A DNA stretch of 64,000 bases from Candidatus Pacearchaeota archaeon UBA73. GTDB taxonomy: Archaea; Nanobdellota; Nanobdellia; Pacearchaeales; GW2011-AR1. The position numbers and the translations under genes were made by a program. Location: positions 891-64,890 of the forward strand of contig DAIF01000014.1 of the NCBI GenBank assembly GCA_002496015.1. Direction: 5' to 3'. This document shows, piece by piece, positions 30,142 to 41,406 of the stretch (the stretch's first letter is position 1; each line of letters begins with the position of its first letter). The notes beneath the pieces were generated by a model that saw only the letters and a program-made list of their open reading frames with translations, ran no database searches and was not told where the DNA came from.

Positions 30142-30213
30142 TGCGCCGTGCGGGAATTGAACCCGCATCGCCAGCTTGGGAAGCTAGAATCATAACCACT
30201 AGACCAACGGCGC
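30142..30213 (-). tRNA. tRNA-Gly(CCC)
   Basis: Cloverleaf gcgccgt...acggcgc-a; anticodon loop ttCCCaa; T-arm ggttcaattcc. Confidence 0.93.
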
Positions 30214-30627
30214 GTTTTTCCTTCCAACAAAACTCGTTAAGAATATTAATATTGCGGTTCCATCAGCGACCATGCAAGTCGTGCAGATTTCCCCAAGGAT
30301 AAAAATCTGGACATAAATCAGGTAAAATGCAAAGACTGCTCCCGCGAAAGCAAGCCCCCTAAAAAGCCCGGAAACTCTTCGTCGGCGCAAGTCCCTGACA
30401 AAAACCGAAGATAACACCAAAAAAGAGACAAAACCAAGATAACTAAGTTTTACTCCGAAGATATTCCCATAAATGGAATTCTGGACATTGTCACAATTAT
30501 TGGTATCTCCCACAACGCAAAATCCTGAAAGAGAATTCAGATTGCCATACGACAGGTAGCCAGTCAAAACCAACTCTAAGAAAACTAAACCTGCCAAAAT
30601 TCCAAATACAATTTTCCTATTCGCCAT
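30199..30627 (-). CDS. Vitamin K epoxide reductase (VKOR) family protein
   Basis: C....C..V..S.YG loop, four TM helices, CTTC motif. Confidence 0.88.
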   Translation of the reverse strand: MANRKIVFGILAGLVFLELVLTGYLSYGNLNSLSGFCVVGDTNNCDNVQNSIYGNIFGVKLSYLGFVSFLVLSSVFVRDLRRRRVSGLFRGLAFAGAVFAFYLIYVQIFILGEICTTCMVADGTAILIFLTSFVGRKNAPLV

Positions 30628-30680
30628 TTTTTATCTTAGGACAACGTTTATAAAAGCCTTATCTTTTTCTGATAGAGCAG

Positions 30681-30755
30681 GATTCCGTAGCTCAGCATGG
30701 TTAGAGCGCTGCTCTGATAAGGCAGAGGTCCTGGGTTCAAATCCCAGCGGGATCA
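30681..30755 (+). tRNA. tRNA-Ile(GAT)
   Basis: gattccg...cgggatc-a; loop ctGATaa; ggttcaaatcc. Confidence 0.93.
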
Positions 30756-30827
30756 TATTTGCCCAGCACGTTTACGCCCTGTAAATTCGACTAAAAGATA
30801 TAAATAGTCTCCTCTTCTGTTCTCTGC

Positions 30828-31811
30828 ATGGAAAAAAAGGTTAAGTTGCCCAAGGACGAATTGGCTCACGACTGGCCGGCGATAGAATGGTGGTACTTCA
30901 ACGGATTTTTGGAAGGAAAGAAAAAATATGCATTCATGACTTGTTTGTTTAAGGCAGACAAGAATAAGGTAAATCTTTCGTTCCTTAGAGTGCCGTTCAG
31001 GACGATTTATTTTGCACACACGTTACTCTATAATCTTTCCAAGAGGACGGTTGAGAAAGAGATTCTGCCGGTGGTCATTGTTTCTGAGGATAGCTTTACG
31101 AAGGAAAAATTGTTTATCAACTATACTTATCTGCTGCGCAAGAAATTCTTCAATTATGAAATAGCGAGGAAGGATTCGGGGATTCATATAAAAACGAGGT
31201 TTTTTGATTTAACCGCGAAAGAAAAGAAGAAACCTCTTCTGGAGGGCGGAAATGGCTATATTGATCTTGGCACGAAGACGACTTATTATTATACTTATCC
31301 GCGTTTGGATGTTGCCGGAACTATTCGGGGCGAGAAGGTTAAGGGTTTAGCCTGGCATGATAAACAGTGGTCTAAGGAAGGGTTTATGCAGGATCATTGG
31401 CTTTGGTTCTCTCTTCAGCTCCCGAATAATCTGGACATCGTTTGTTTTGATTACAAAGGTGTCAGGATGGCTACGATATCTTACGGGAATAACAAGCAGG
31501 AGACAGTACCTGTAGAATTTGTCCAGATTGGGGAAGATTGGAAAAGTCCACATACAAAGATAAATTATTCTCTTTCTTGGAGAATAAAAGTTAAGGATAT
31601 GGTTATAGAAACAAAACCGCTGATTGAAGATTGCGAGATGAATCACGGGTTTATTAGTTATTGGGAGGGTCCGGTGCAGGTGAGTCTTAACGGAAAAAAT
31701 TCTTTTGGATTTATGGAACTTCTTTCTAAGCAGCCGAAGCGGTCGATTACGAAGAAACTTTCTCAACTCGAGGGTTCTGCCAGGCAGACTATCGCTCTCT
31801 GGAGTGGATGA
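30828..31811 (+). CDS. CrtC/AttH-like lipocalin-domain protein
   Basis: EWWYFNG, TYYYTYPRL, AWHDKQW, WLWFSLQL, YWEGP. Confidence 0.82.
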   Translation: MEKKVKLPKDELAHDWPAIEWWYFNGFLEGKKKYAFMTCLFKADKNKVNLSFLRVPFRTIYFAHTLLYNLSKRTVEKEILPVVIVSEDSFTKEKLFINYTYLLRKKFFNYEIARKDSGIHIKTRFFDLTAKEKKKPLLEGGNGYIDLGTKTTYYYTYPRLDVAGTIRGEKVKGLAWHDKQWSKEGFMQDHWLWFSLQLPNNLDIVCFDYKGVRMATISYGNNKQETVPVEFVQIGEDWKSPHTKINYSLSWRIKVKDMVIETKPLIEDCEMNHGFISYWEGPVQVSLNGKNSFGFMELLSKQPKRSITKKLSQLEGSARQTIALWSG

Positions 31812-31833
31812 TAACTTAAGAATTTGTTAGCTC

Positions 31834-32574
31834 TCATTGGATCGTCCAGCCGCCATCAACGACAAGGACTTGTCCAGTTACATAAGAAGCGCCGTCTGAA
31901 GCAAGATATGCTGCTGCGTGTGCGATGTCCCGTGGCGAGCCCCATCTTTTTATCGGCAAGCTCGAGATTAATGCCTGTGAAGATTTTTCATCCATAGAAG
32001 TTGTGCCGGGAGTTTCGATTGCACCGGGAGCGATTGCATTTACAGTTATCCCATTACCTGCTAGTTCGAGTGCAGACGCCCTGACCAATCCATTAACTCC
32101 TGATTTGGAAGCGCAATAGTGCGCCAGATTTGGGAATCCAATAAGAGAAGCAATTGATGAAATTACCACAATCCTTCCGCCTTGCCTCATAACTTTTGCA
32201 GATTCCTGAATCGTGTAGAAAGAACCTTTAAGATTTACGTTAAGCACTTTGTCCCAATCTGCGTCTGACATTTCCAGAAACGGCTTGTAAGGGAAAATCC
32301 CTGCATTGTTTATGAAAATATCCAATGAAGTGAATTTTTTTAGAGTTTTGTCAATCATTGATTTCACATGTTTGCGGTTTGAGACGTCGCAGGCGAGCGA
32401 GAGGATTTTTTCCTTTGGGAATTTTTGTGAGAGCTCTTTTGCGGTTTCGTCGCATTCTGACTGATGGAGGCCGTTGATGACGACGTTTGCGCCGAGTTCA
32501 AGAAAATGTTCTGCGATGCCCTTGCCTATGCCTTGGTTAGAGCCAGTTACGATGGCTGTTTTGTTTGTCAGCAT
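31834..32574 (-). CDS. SDR oxidoreductase (FabG-like)
   Basis: TGSNQGIG, NNAG, YCASK, VDGG. Confidence 0.92.
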   Translation of the reverse strand: MLTNKTAIVTGSNQGIGKGIAEHFLELGANVVINGLHQSECDETAKELSQKFPKEKILSLACDVSNRKHVKSMIDKTLKKFTSLDIFINNAGIFPYKPFLEMSDADWDKVLNVNLKGSFYTIQESAKVMRQGGRIVVISSIASLIGFPNLAHYCASKSGVNGLVRASALELAGNGITVNAIAPGAIETPGTTSMDEKSSQALISSLPIKRWGSPRDIAHAAAYLASDGASYVTGQVLVVDGGWTIQ

Positions 32575-32621
32575 TTTTCACCTCTTTGTAAACTGTTTTA
32601 AAAGAATAACTAAATTTATAA

Positions 32622-32993
32622 ATGTATCATTTCACAGAGTTTCAAAAGAAGATAGAGAGATTTATTGGTCAAAATGTTGAACGTATAGAGGTATTACGTG
32701 AGGAATCCAGAAGCTATTTAAGAGATGTACACGGGATTAAAATGGACACTAATAAAGTTTATGTACATTTTATCGACGCAAATTACAGGACTGGCGTGGC
32801 GACTATAAGGGACAATTTTTCAAAAGTTATTAATGTGTCTTATCGGGGTATGGATGATCAAGATCGGACTTATGTTTTGCCTCTTGCGGCTGTCTTTAAT
32901 ACTGCCGGTCCCGTTAGGGAATATCTGTCGTCTGCTGAGCAAATGTGTCAAATCCAAACGCCGCCGCCAGGATTTGAACCTGGGGATCCGTGA
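32622..32993 (+). CDS. Hypothetical protein (3' end overlaps tRNA-Ser)
   Basis: ORF; TATA-like tttataaa directly upstream. Confidence 0.5.
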   Translation: MYHFTEFQKKIERFIGQNVERIEVLREESRSYLRDVHGIKMDTNKVYVHFIDANYRTGVATIRDNFSKVINVSYRGMDDQDRTYVLPLAAVFNTAGPVREYLSSAEQMCQIQTPPPGFEPGDP

Positions 32994-33041
32994 GGAAACG
33001 AGTTCTCCAAACTCGCGCGGTAACCACTGCGCCACGGCGGC
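32959..33041 (-). tRNA. tRNA-Ser(GGA)
   Basis: gccgccg...cggcggc-g; loop ttGGAga; long variable arm. Confidence 0.92.
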
Positions 33042-33234
33042 TTGTCACGCGTGGTGCTTGAGCATTTGCGATTGCGCCACGGCGGCCTATCGAAGTTAGT
33101 TAAGAAGGGTTTTAAAGATTTGTGAAGGCGAAGCATTTATCAATAATATTTGAATAAAGAAGCCTGGTCGTGCTACGACCTCTATTTTTCCAGCGAGGAT
33201 AAGGCTGTGAGCTTTGTAGCAAATAATAATCCAA

Positions 33235-33300
33235 AGCTCTGTTGAAAAAGTCTGAAACTCGCGTGGCAACAAGCGAGCGCAGCGAGCCGCTATTACCAAA
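33235..33300. repeat. MITE-end remnant
   Basis: agctctgttgaaaaag, identical to the end at 41407 and near-identical to 61712. Confidence 0.5.
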
Positions 33301-33447
33301 ACGCCGGCCGCCAAGTCGGGCGTCCAATTTATCTAGACGCGCGCTTCCGACCAATTAAAAAATAGAACTATATTTACAATCTGAAGAGGTTCCCCTAGTT
33401 AATACTAATAAAGGTAAATTTATAAATTTGCATTTTTTCTTTAATAA

Positions 33448-34365
33448 ATGAAGCTCTTGGATTTCATAGTTTTAGCTTTGCTATTTGCGCTGCTAGTCCT
33501 CGGCATGTATATTTTGTGGCTGAACTTTCCAAGCCAGCCAACGGAGTTTGATAGGTATGCCGCAAATTTTTCTTTTGACTTGCCTGAGAGGAGTTCGCAG
33601 TTTCACCTGAATATGAGGTATCCTGACAGGACAATAACTTATTTTATCTCTCAGAATTGCAGCATCAGAAAAACAAACGATTTTATTACGGCGACAAAGT
33701 TTCTCGAAGAGCGAACTATTTTGAGATTTAGGCAATCGGACAGGCCAGATATTCTCGTTACATGTTCGAACATCGCGCCGCAGCCGAATGAAGAAGGACA
33801 TTTTGTCGCGGGAGAGGGAGGACCCTCGGTAATTGTGAATACGACGAGATTTGCAGTAATAATGCTTGGTAGAATCGCGCTTTATCGCACAGAAACGTGC
33901 GACACTCCACAAGTAGCTATACACGAACTTCTACACGCTCTCGGGTTTGACCACAATAACAATAAATCCAGCATAATGTATCCTGTAACAGATTGCAGCC
34001 AAGTGCTGGATAATTATATCCTAGAAGAAATACGCGACTTGTATTTGATACCTTCAGCAGGAGATCTCGTGATAGAAAGGGTGAATGCGAATAAGACTGG
34101 GAGGTATCTCAATTTTGAAGCAGTGATAACGAATTATGGGCTAAAGGATATTGAAAAGTCTCGGCTTAAGGTGATTGTCAAAGGATCAGTCATTGAAGAG
34201 TTTGACACTAATAGTTTGAACATGGGTTCGAGAAAGAGTCTGACTATATCCAACTTGAGAATTCCGGGAGACACTACGAGAGTTACGCTGGCAGTCGAAA
34301 CAGATGAGAATGAAATAGACAAGACTAATAATGTTGCAGAAATAAGACTAGCTGGGGAAAGCTAA
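33448..34365 (+). CDS. Membrane-anchored matrixin (M10) metalloprotease with CARDB-like domain
   Basis: HELLHALGFDH, Met-turn SIMYP, E.DKTNN. Confidence 0.87.
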   Translation: MKLLDFIVLALLFALLVLGMYILWLNFPSQPTEFDRYAANFSFDLPERSSQFHLNMRYPDRTITYFISQNCSIRKTNDFITATKFLEERTILRFRQSDRPDILVTCSNIAPQPNEEGHFVAGEGGPSVIVNTTRFAVIMLGRIALYRTETCDTPQVAIHELLHALGFDHNNNKSSIMYPVTDCSQVLDNYILEEIRDLYLIPSAGDLVIERVNANKTGRYLNFEAVITNYGLKDIEKSRLKVIVKGSVIEEFDTNSLNMGSRKSLTISNLRIPGDTTRVTLAVETDENEIDKTNNVAEIRLAGES

Positions 34366-34539
34366 TTTTTCAACCCTTCTTGGATTGGTGTACCTATGTG
34401 CCATAAGTATAACTTCCTGCGCCCAGTTATCCTCGCGTAACGCGGTTCCACTCAAGATAATTGATATAATCTCAGTTTTGACAAAACCGACATGTTAGGA
34501 ATCTTTAAATATGAATTTTACTCAAGATTAAGATAAAAG

Positions 34540-35040
34540 ATGAGTGAAAAAGACCAGGTTTCGAAAGAGAAGTTGGAGCATACAGGAATCTTTGACTTCA
34601 AAGCAATGTATTCTTACGCGCATAGATGGTTTGCTGAGCAGGGATACGGAGTAACTGAAGAGAAATATTCAGAAAAGTCTAAGGGCGATTCCAGAGATTT
34701 AATTATAGAGTGGAAGGTGACAAAAGATTTGTCCGACTATTTCAGGTTTGAATACAAAATCAAATTCGAAATAGAAGGGCTGTCTGATGTCGAGGTCGAG
34801 ATAGATGGGCAGAGAAAACAGATGAACAAAGGCAAGGTAGTTGTAGAGATAACATCTACTCTGGTGATGGATAAGGATGCAAAATGGGAGACTACTCCAT
34901 TTAGCAGGTTCATGAGAGATATTTATAATAAGTATATTGTTCCTTCAAGAGTCGAAGCAATGAGACAGCTTCTTTTAAGCAAAGGTAATGGATTTAAGGA
35001 TGACCTAAAGTCTTTCATGAACCTGGCGGCAAGACGGTAG
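34540..35040 (+). CDS. Hypothetical protein
   Basis: 166-aa ORF. Confidence 0.8.
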   Translation: MSEKDQVSKEKLEHTGIFDFKAMYSYAHRWFAEQGYGVTEEKYSEKSKGDSRDLIIEWKVTKDLSDYFRFEYKIKFEIEGLSDVEVEIDGQRKQMNKGKVVVEITSTLVMDKDAKWETTPFSRFMRDIYNKYIVPSRVEAMRQLLLSKGNGFKDDLKSFMNLAARR

Positions 35041-35098
35041 TTTTGGTCTTGAAACGTTCCATACAAATCTTTATATAATTCTACCAAAGTGTCTTAGC

Positions 35099-36466
35099 AT
35101 GAAAAAAGCAGGCTTGTTGTTGCTTTGCATAGTGTTGTTTTCTGTGAGCACTTTAGCCAGTCCTGACCTCGAGGTGGAAAAGGTGAATCTGAGGAATGTC
35201 GCGGTCACGGAGATTGGCAATCCAGTTTATTATGACCTTCTAATAAAAAATCTTGGTGGGGAAGATCAGTTCAGGATATTCACTTTGGTTGGAGTCCAGA
35301 TTGAACCGAGCGAATATGTAACTTTGCCGCCGGGAGAGACGAAGATAAAGATAGAAGCTAATCTGGGGAATAAGATTCTTAAAGAAAGGAAAGGTCTTCT
35401 TTCTTTTGAATATCAGATAAAGGGGCTAGAACGCGAGCTTTACAAGGACAAGCTACTTGTCAATATTGTTTCTTTGAAGGACATCCTTAATATTAATTAC
35501 CGCGATTTTCATCCAGCAGATAATCTGATAGAGGTCCACATCAACAATTCCGCGAATGTCGAGCTTAACAACTTAACTCTTATTCTTGATTCGGTTTTTT
35601 TCCGTGAATCTATTCCATTGGAGTTAGCACCATACGAGAACAAGTCTTTTTCAGTTTCGGTCAATCTGGACGGCAATGAGAAACTTGTCGCGGGCCCATA
35701 CATTGTTTCTGCAACGATTGTGACTGGCAGGGAAAACGTCAATCTCGATGGAATAATAAATTTCCTTGAGCGTGAAGGGACTTCGGTTGATGAGTCAACA
35801 CAGGGGTTAATAATCAGGACGAAGATTGTAACTAAGACAAACAAGGGCAATACGCCCGTGACGGCAGAGGTTAGTCTTACGAAAGATGCTATATCCAGAT
35901 TATTCACAACTCATTCTATTGAGCCAGTGTCGACGAGTCGCGAGGGTTTTTTTGTCGAGTATGTCTGGCGAAAGAGCCTGAATCCGGGCGAATCACTTAT
36001 CGTGACCTCGAGGACGAATTATACAGTGCCTTTCTTTGTAGCACTTTTTATAGTGGCAGTCGGAGTGCTTGTTAAGTTCTATTATTTAAAAGCAGTATAT
36101 ATCAGGAAGAGGGTCTCGCTTGTCAGGACGAAGGGCGGCGAGTTTGCGTTGAGGGTTGTTCTAAAAGTGAAGGCGAGAAAGAGTGTTGAGGGCTTGCAGT
36201 TGATAGATTCTCTACCTGGGATGACCAAGCTTTATGAAAACTTCGGGAAACAGCCGGATAAAATAGAGAAAGATGCCCGAAGATTAGTCTGGAACGTGGG
36301 GCATTTACGAAGAGGAGAGGAGAGAGTCTATTCTTATGTGATGTATTCAAAGCTTAAAGTTGTCGGGCGGCTTGAGCTGCCGCAGGCGTTTGCTATATTC
36401 AAGAAGGAAGGGAAGGTGGGAGAGGTTTATTCCAACCGTACGTATTTTGCGATTGAGGGGAGTTAG
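35099..36466 (+). CDS. Secreted/membrane beta-sandwich protein (S-layer/DUF11-like)
   Basis: Signal peptide, single TM near aa 310, IDSLP motif. Confidence 0.65.
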   Translation: MKKAGLLLLCIVLFSVSTLASPDLEVEKVNLRNVAVTEIGNPVYYDLLIKNLGGEDQFRIFTLVGVQIEPSEYVTLPPGETKIKIEANLGNKILKERKGLLSFEYQIKGLERELYKDKLLVNIVSLKDILNINYRDFHPADNLIEVHINNSANVELNNLTLILDSVFFRESIPLELAPYENKSFSVSVNLDGNEKLVAGPYIVSATIVTGRENVNLDGIINFLEREGTSVDESTQGLIIRTKIVTKTNKGNTPVTAEVSLTKDAISRLFTTHSIEPVSTSREGFFVEYVWRKSLNPGESLIVTSRTNYTVPFFVALFIVAVGVLVKFYYLKAVYIRKRVSLVRTKGGEFALRVVLKVKARKSVEGLQLIDSLPGMTKLYENFGKQPDKIEKDARRLVWNVGHLRRGEERVYSYVMYSKLKVVGRLELPQAFAIFKKEGKVGEVYSNRTYFAIEGS

Positions 36467-37068
36467 GATTTGGAGACTATTAATATGTCTTCATCTGTTC
36501 CGATTGATTTTCTAGCCTTATCAAAAATATCTTTTCTTATTGCTTGGAATGGAATGAGTTTATCAAAACTGGGGTTGTGAACATAAATGTTTTCTTGGTC
36601 ATATCCGACGATTGGCAGAAAATGGCCGCGATATTGTCCAGTGTTTTTATTTTCAATTACATTCCAATCTATTAGCACAATCGGCAGACTGTTTTCAGTT
36701 ACGAATTTTAGGATTCCATTTAATTCTAATGAAACTTGCTTCATCTTTACCTTAAGTTCTTCTGCTCTTTTGAGCCAGTTGTCAAACTTGTTTTGGTCCA
36801 TAGAGTCGTGTTCTTTATAATAATCAAGTTCGCTATTTTCTTCATTGTAAGCCAGAGTTTTTGTGAATAGTTTTGTGTTATAACCCAGCGCTGCGGAAGA
36901 GACTGCTAGTTGGATAGTGTTAGTTCCTTCTTTTCCAGTTCTCCCTGTTTCTTTTTCAAAAATTTCTATTCCCAAGTCTTTATCTAAGAAAGCTACAGCC
37001 ATTCTCAGTGCGGACGGTCCGCAATTGTAAAAGGTTGTTTGTTTAAAAAAAGGCACGTCTAATTTCAT
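36463..37068 (-). CDS. Peptidase C39-like protein
   Basis: VPFFKQ...CGPSAL, GHF..IVGYD...VHNP; ATG at 37068. Confidence 0.85.
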   Translation of the reverse strand: MKLDVPFFKQTTFYNCGPSALRMAVAFLDKDLGIEIFEKETGRTGKEGTNTIQLAVSSAALGYNTKLFTKTLAYNEENSELDYYKEHDSMDQNKFDNWLKRAEELKVKMKQVSLELNGILKFVTENSLPIVLIDWNVIENKNTGQYRGHFLPIVGYDQENIYVHNPSFDKLIPFQAIRKDIFDKARKSIGTDEDILIVSKS

Positions 37069-37069
37069 T

Positions 37070-39364
37070 TTATCCTGCGTAGAGTGGACCTGTCTCGAGA
37101 CCTGCTTTTGCGCGTTTGAGATAGTAATCTTCAATCTTCTTATAACGCTGAGCTGTCTCAGTCGAGACCGACGGCTTGACTTTTCTGAACGCCTCGTCGA
37201 TATCTTCCTTGGATACTTCTTTGGCTTCTTTGTCTTTTCGGAGTGCATTAAGCGCAGCCTCTCTAATAAGAGCTTCTATATCGGCTCCCACGTAACCTTC
37301 AGTTTGTTTTACCATGTCAAAAAGTTTCACATCCTTAGCCAATGGTGTGTTTTTTGTGTGGATTTTGAAGATTTCCATCCTCGATTCTTCGTCAGGGACA
37401 TCTGCCAAGATTATCCTGTCGAACCGGCCTGGACGCAAGAGCGCCGGGTCGAGCATGTCAGGGCGGTTGGTCGCGCCGATTATCGTGACGTCTTTTAGAC
37501 CTTCCAATCCATCGATTTCTGCAAGCAATTGGTTTAGAACTCTTTCAGTAACTTTGCTACCCTGCTCAATTCCGCGCTTTCCTGCGAGCGCATCTATTTC
37601 GTCGAAGAAAATCACACAAGGAGCAACTTGTCTTGCCCGCTCGAAAACTTTTCTTACACCTTCTTCTGATTTTCCGACCCACATGCTTAACAACGAAGGA
37701 CCTTTGACCTGAATGAAGTTTGCTTCTGATTCCTTAGCGACGGCTTTTGCGAGCAGAGTCTTTCCTGTTCCGGGAGGACCGTAAAGCAAAATGCCTCTTG
37801 GAGCGCGGATTCCGAGTCTTGCAAATGCTTCTGGTCTTTGTATTGGCCATTCCACAGCTTCCTTAAGTTCCTGTTTTGTTCTTTCCATTCCGCCGATGTC
37901 GTTCCAGCCGATGTTTGGCGCCTCGACGAAGACTTCTCTCATCGCACTTGGGCGGACTACCTTGAGCGCTTCTTCAAAATCTTCCAGCCGGATTATTGCC
38001 TTGTCCAGAACTTCCGGAGGAATTGGTTCCTCTTCTTCAAGCTTTAAAGAAGGAAGCATTTTTCTTAGGACGTTCATAGCAGCTTCTTTTGTCAGAGCTG
38101 AGAGGTCCGCGCCGACGAAGCCATGCGTGCGCGCTGCGAGATCTTCAAGATTTACATTTCTAGCGAGAGGCATATTTCTTGTATGAATTTTTAAGATGTC
38201 TAATCTGCCTTTTTTATCTGGAACAGAAATTTCAATCTCCCGATCAAACCTTCCCGGTCTGCGGAGTGCGGGATCAACCGAATTCACGCGATTCGTCGCG
38301 CCGATAACAATCACTTTTCCGCGGGATTTCAGACCGTCCATCATCGTCAATAATTGTGAGACAACTCTTCGTTCCACTTCGCCCTGAACATCTTCACGTT
38401 TCGGGGCTATCGCATCTATTTCGTCGAAGAAAATTATTGAAGGAGCATTTTTTTCAGCGTCTTCGAAAATGTCCCTGATCTTTTTTTCAGATTCGCCGTA
38501 GAATTTTGACATTACTTCCGGACCGTTAAGCAGGATGAAGTTTGCTTCTGATTCATTGGCTACGGCTTTTGCGAGCAGAGTCTTTCCTGTTCCGGGAGGA
38601 CCGTGGAGAAGAACACCTTTTGGAGGATCTATTCCCAGCTTCTGGAAAATCTCTGGGTGTTTGAGGGGAAGCTCGACCATTTCTCTTATTTTCTTAATCT
38701 CATCTTCCATGCCTCCGACGTCTTCGTAAGCGATGTCTGGGATAGCGTCGTCAGACACTTCAACAGATTTTGGATTGAGAATTATTTCAGTATCTTCATT
38801 GATGAAACAATGCTGTGCAGGGGTGGTGTTCACTACGACGAATCTTATCTGCTGGAAACTGCCTGGAAAACCATGGTTGAACAGGTCTTGGAGGTCTCCA
38901 AAGAAGTCCGGTAATCCTTCTCCGCCCATGAGGTCTTTTCGCCTCTGGACTCCGCCCAAAGAAATTATGTCCCCTTTAGTTATTGGTCTGCCGAGTAATC
39001 CGTTTCTAAGCATTTCGGGATCTGCCTGGACAGTAATGCCCTGCTGAGCTGGAGCAATAGCTACCTTTGTGGCGGGTTTGACTCCTGCTTTTTTTACCTC
39101 GACTTGTTCACCCACACTGACGCGCGCGTTTTTTCTTATAAGGCCGTCAATTCTGATTATGTTCTCGCCTACATCTGCAGGATAAGCGCGATCGACAATC
39201 GCGAGTGTTTCTCTTTGTCCCTTGATTGAGATTATGTCTCCTCTCGCCAGGCCCATTTCCCTCATTAGTTGAGGATCGATTCTTGCAACGCCCTTGTAAA
39301 CGTCGTCTTGTAAAGATTCAACTACCTTCAATCTTATTTGCGGGATGTTATTTAGTTTTACCAT
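37070..39364 (-). CDS. cdc48: CDC48/VAT AAA ATPase
   Basis: Two GPPGTGKT Walker A motifs, [18 protein letters not shown]. Confidence 0.97.
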   Translation of the reverse strand: MVKLNNIPQIRLKVVESLQDDVYKGVARIDPQLMREMGLARGDIISIKGQRETLAIVDRAYPADVGENIIRIDGLIRKNARVSVGEQVEVKKAGVKPATKVAIAPAQQGITVQADPEMLRNGLLGRPITKGDIISLGGVQRRKDLMGGEGLPDFFGDLQDLFNHGFPGSFQQIRFVVVNTTPAQHCFINEDTEIILNPKSVEVSDDAIPDIAYEDVGGMEDEIKKIREMVELPLKHPEIFQKLGIDPPKGVLLHGPPGTGKTLLAKAVANESEANFILLNGPEVMSKFYGESEKKIRDIFEDAEKNAPSIIFFDEIDAIAPKREDVQGEVERRVVSQLLTMMDGLKSRGKVIVIGATNRVNSVDPALRRPGRFDREIEISVPDKKGRLDILKIHTRNMPLARNVNLEDLAARTHGFVGADLSALTKEAAMNVLRKMLPSLKLEEEEPIPPEVLDKAIIRLEDFEEALKVVRPSAMREVFVEAPNIGWNDIGGMERTKQELKEAVEWPIQRPEAFARLGIRAPRGILLYGPPGTGKTLLAKAVAKESEANFIQVKGPSLLSMWVGKSEEGVRKVFERARQVAPCVIFFDEIDALAGKRGIEQGSKVTERVLNQLLAEIDGLEGLKDVTIIGATNRPDMLDPALLRPGRFDRIILADVPDEESRMEIFKIHTKNTPLAKDVKLFDMVKQTEGYVGADIEALIREAALNALRKDKEAKEVSKEDIDEAFRKVKPSVSTETAQRYKKIEDYYLKRAKAGLETGPLYAG

Positions 39365-39729
39365 CTTTCTTTTCTCTCCTGGTCAGTAAATGATAAGCTG
39401 ACTCTGCCGAAATCCTCAAGACATAGTTTTACCATGTCATTAACATGAGTAGACATACTTTTATTCATGTCATTGATGAAATCGATAATTTCCTTTGGGA
39501 TGCTTATCGCGTGACTGTTACCTACGACTCTCAGTTTGACATTATAAGTCTTTTGTTTCAGATTATTGAAGCTTTCTAACTTGTGGAGGTCGGTTGGATG
39601 GATGATTTTTTCATTACATTCCGGACATTTGATTGCTCTTAATCTGAAGCCCCCTCTAAATACTTCGGATGGTTGCATTTGGACGTTACAGTGTTCACAT
39701 AAAATTTTAGCATCGAATATATCTTTCAT
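39358..39729 (-). CDS. Zinc-ribbon plus AbrB/MazE-like protein
   Basis: CEHC...CPEC, KLRVVGNSHAISIPKEI. Confidence 0.78.
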   Translation of the reverse strand: MKDIFDAKILCEHCNVQMQPSEVFRGGFRLRAIKCPECNEKIIHPTDLHKLESFNNLKQKTYNVKLRVVGNSHAISIPKEIIDFINDMNKSMSTHVNDMVKLCLEDFGRVSLSFTDQERKERW

Positions 39730-39772
39730 GGATATACATGAAGTATATACTATATAAATGTTTTGTTTGGTT

Positions 39773-39890
39773 GGGTTGTTGAAATCTTTCTTGCGCAGTT
39801 TCAGATTCCCACTTTGGATTTCTCTTACAAAGAAAAACTCTCTTAATCCCCTCTCCCTAGATTTAAGTAAAACAAACTCCGGACAGAGCC
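39773..39890. repeat. MITE copy (reverse orientation of 41407-41557)
   Basis: cttgcgcagtttcagattcccactttggatt; end aactccggacagagcc. Confidence 0.7.
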
Positions 39891-39975
39891 TTCTAATACA
39901 AAAGTTTAAATCTTTTGAGACATGAGTTATCACGAAGAGGGCATACGAAACGTTTAAAAAAAGTCGGTTCGTAAG

Positions 39976-40695
39976 ATGAAAATGTTTTTTGGCAAGAAAA
40001 ATAATCTGAAGATGAGAAAGTGTGAAGAATGTGGTAGTCGCAGCGAGGAGAAGTTCAGTTTTTGTCCATTCTGTGGGAATAGTTTTTTTGATTCTAAAAA
40101 AGAAAGAGCAGATTACGGTCTATTAGGCAGAGATGATTTTGTAGAAAATGACGATTCACCTTTTGAGAATATGGGTATGATGGACAAGCTTGTTAATTCG
40201 ATGGTAAACAGCATGATGAAAAATCTTGACCGACAGTTCAAAGAACAGTTCAAGGACATCGAGAAAGATCTGAGCAGGGCGGAAGTTAAGACGTTTCCGA
40301 ATGGGATCAGGATAAAGATTTCCGGACCTTTTCCGGGTGCGATGCCGCAGCCAATGGTAAAGCCGAAGCCAAAGAAAGTCGTGAGGGCTGAGAAACACGA
40401 AGTGAATGAAACGCAACTGAAGAAAATGGGAAATTTGCCTCGGGCAAAGGCAAAGACTTCTGTGAGAAGATTTGGCAACAAAATTGTTTACGAACTATCG
40501 ACGCCGGGAGTTATCTCCGTTGAAGATGTTTTTGTTTCAAGGCTTGAAAGTGGATATGAAATCAAAGCAATCGGAGACAAGAAAATTTATGTGAACTCCG
40601 TGCCAATAAATCTACCATTAAAGAAGTTTTCAATAATGAACAACAAGTTGCTTGTTGAATTCCTTGCAGAACATCCACAGCAGGGTTTTGAATAA
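39976..40695 (+). CDS. Zinc-ribbon protein with Hsp20-like C-terminal domain
   Basis: CEECG...CPFCG; YELSTPGV...EIKA; divergent from the cdc48 unit. Confidence 0.65.
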   Translation: MKMFFGKKNNLKMRKCEECGSRSEEKFSFCPFCGNSFFDSKKERADYGLLGRDDFVENDDSPFENMGMMDKLVNSMVNSMMKNLDRQFKEQFKDIEKDLSRAEVKTFPNGIRIKISGPFPGAMPQPMVKPKPKKVVRAEKHEVNETQLKKMGNLPRAKAKTSVRRFGNKIVYELSTPGVISVEDVFVSRLESGYEIKAIGDKKIYVNSVPINLPLKKFSIMNNKLLVEFLAEHPQQGFE

Positions 40696-40732
40696 TAGGC
40701 TGTTGGAGTCTTTTTAGAACGTATTCATTTTA

Positions 40733-41260
40733 TTAAATTTGTGAGACCGCTTTTTCTACTATGTTTTTGAAATTATCTTTTGCTCCTTTTTTTGAGAAAT
40801 ATTCTATGACCTGAATGTCTCTACCATTATTTTTTGTGCCATACTCTTTTTGTTTTTCTAATGGCAAGTCATCGGGAATTACAGACACAGTCACAGAGCT
40901 GGCTACCTTGCGCAGCGAAGCAGAAAAACCTTTTAGATTGATTATTGTAATGATTGGAGAAGAATCTAACTGCTTGGAGAAATTCCATGTAGAAGAATTT
41001 GTAAAGGTCTTATTAATATCGTAGATAAATGTTTCAATCTCCTCTTTTGGAAGAAGGTCTATTCTCAAATAAACCTCATTGGCTTGGCTTGAAAACTTCA
41101 TCTCGCCTTTTTTCCCAGGTTGGACGTGAACGATTTGGGTTTGAGGAGAAATGATTATTCTATCAGGATTAGAAATGAAATATCTTTCTTTCGCTTTTAT
41201 GAAACAATATGTTTTAACACCATAGTGGAAAACAAAATTGTAGTACTCGCCTTTTTTCAT
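40733..41260 (-). CDS. Hypothetical protein
   Basis: 175-aa ORF. Confidence 0.6.
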   Translation of the reverse strand: MKKGEYYNFVFHYGVKTYCFIKAKERYFISNPDRIIISPQTQIVHVQPGKKGEMKFSSQANEVYLRIDLLPKEEIETFIYDINKTFTNSSTWNFSKQLDSSPIITIINLKGFSASLRKVASSVTVSVIPDDLPLEKQKEYGTKNNGRDIQVIEYFSKKGAKDNFKNIVEKAVSQI

Positions 41261-41406
41261 GCTATTTAAAATGCCTGATTGTTTTTATTTCTTGCTAAAG
41301 ATAATAGCTTGTTGAAAATTGTGCGAGTTATAATAAACCTCTTGCTCTAGGACTCGCGTAGAATAATTCATGTGAAGTACATCAACTCTGGACACGCATC
41401 TGAATA

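Noticed and set aside
37590-38610. Repeated DNA within cdc48
   Set aside because: It corresponds to the Walker A/B motifs of the two AAA domains
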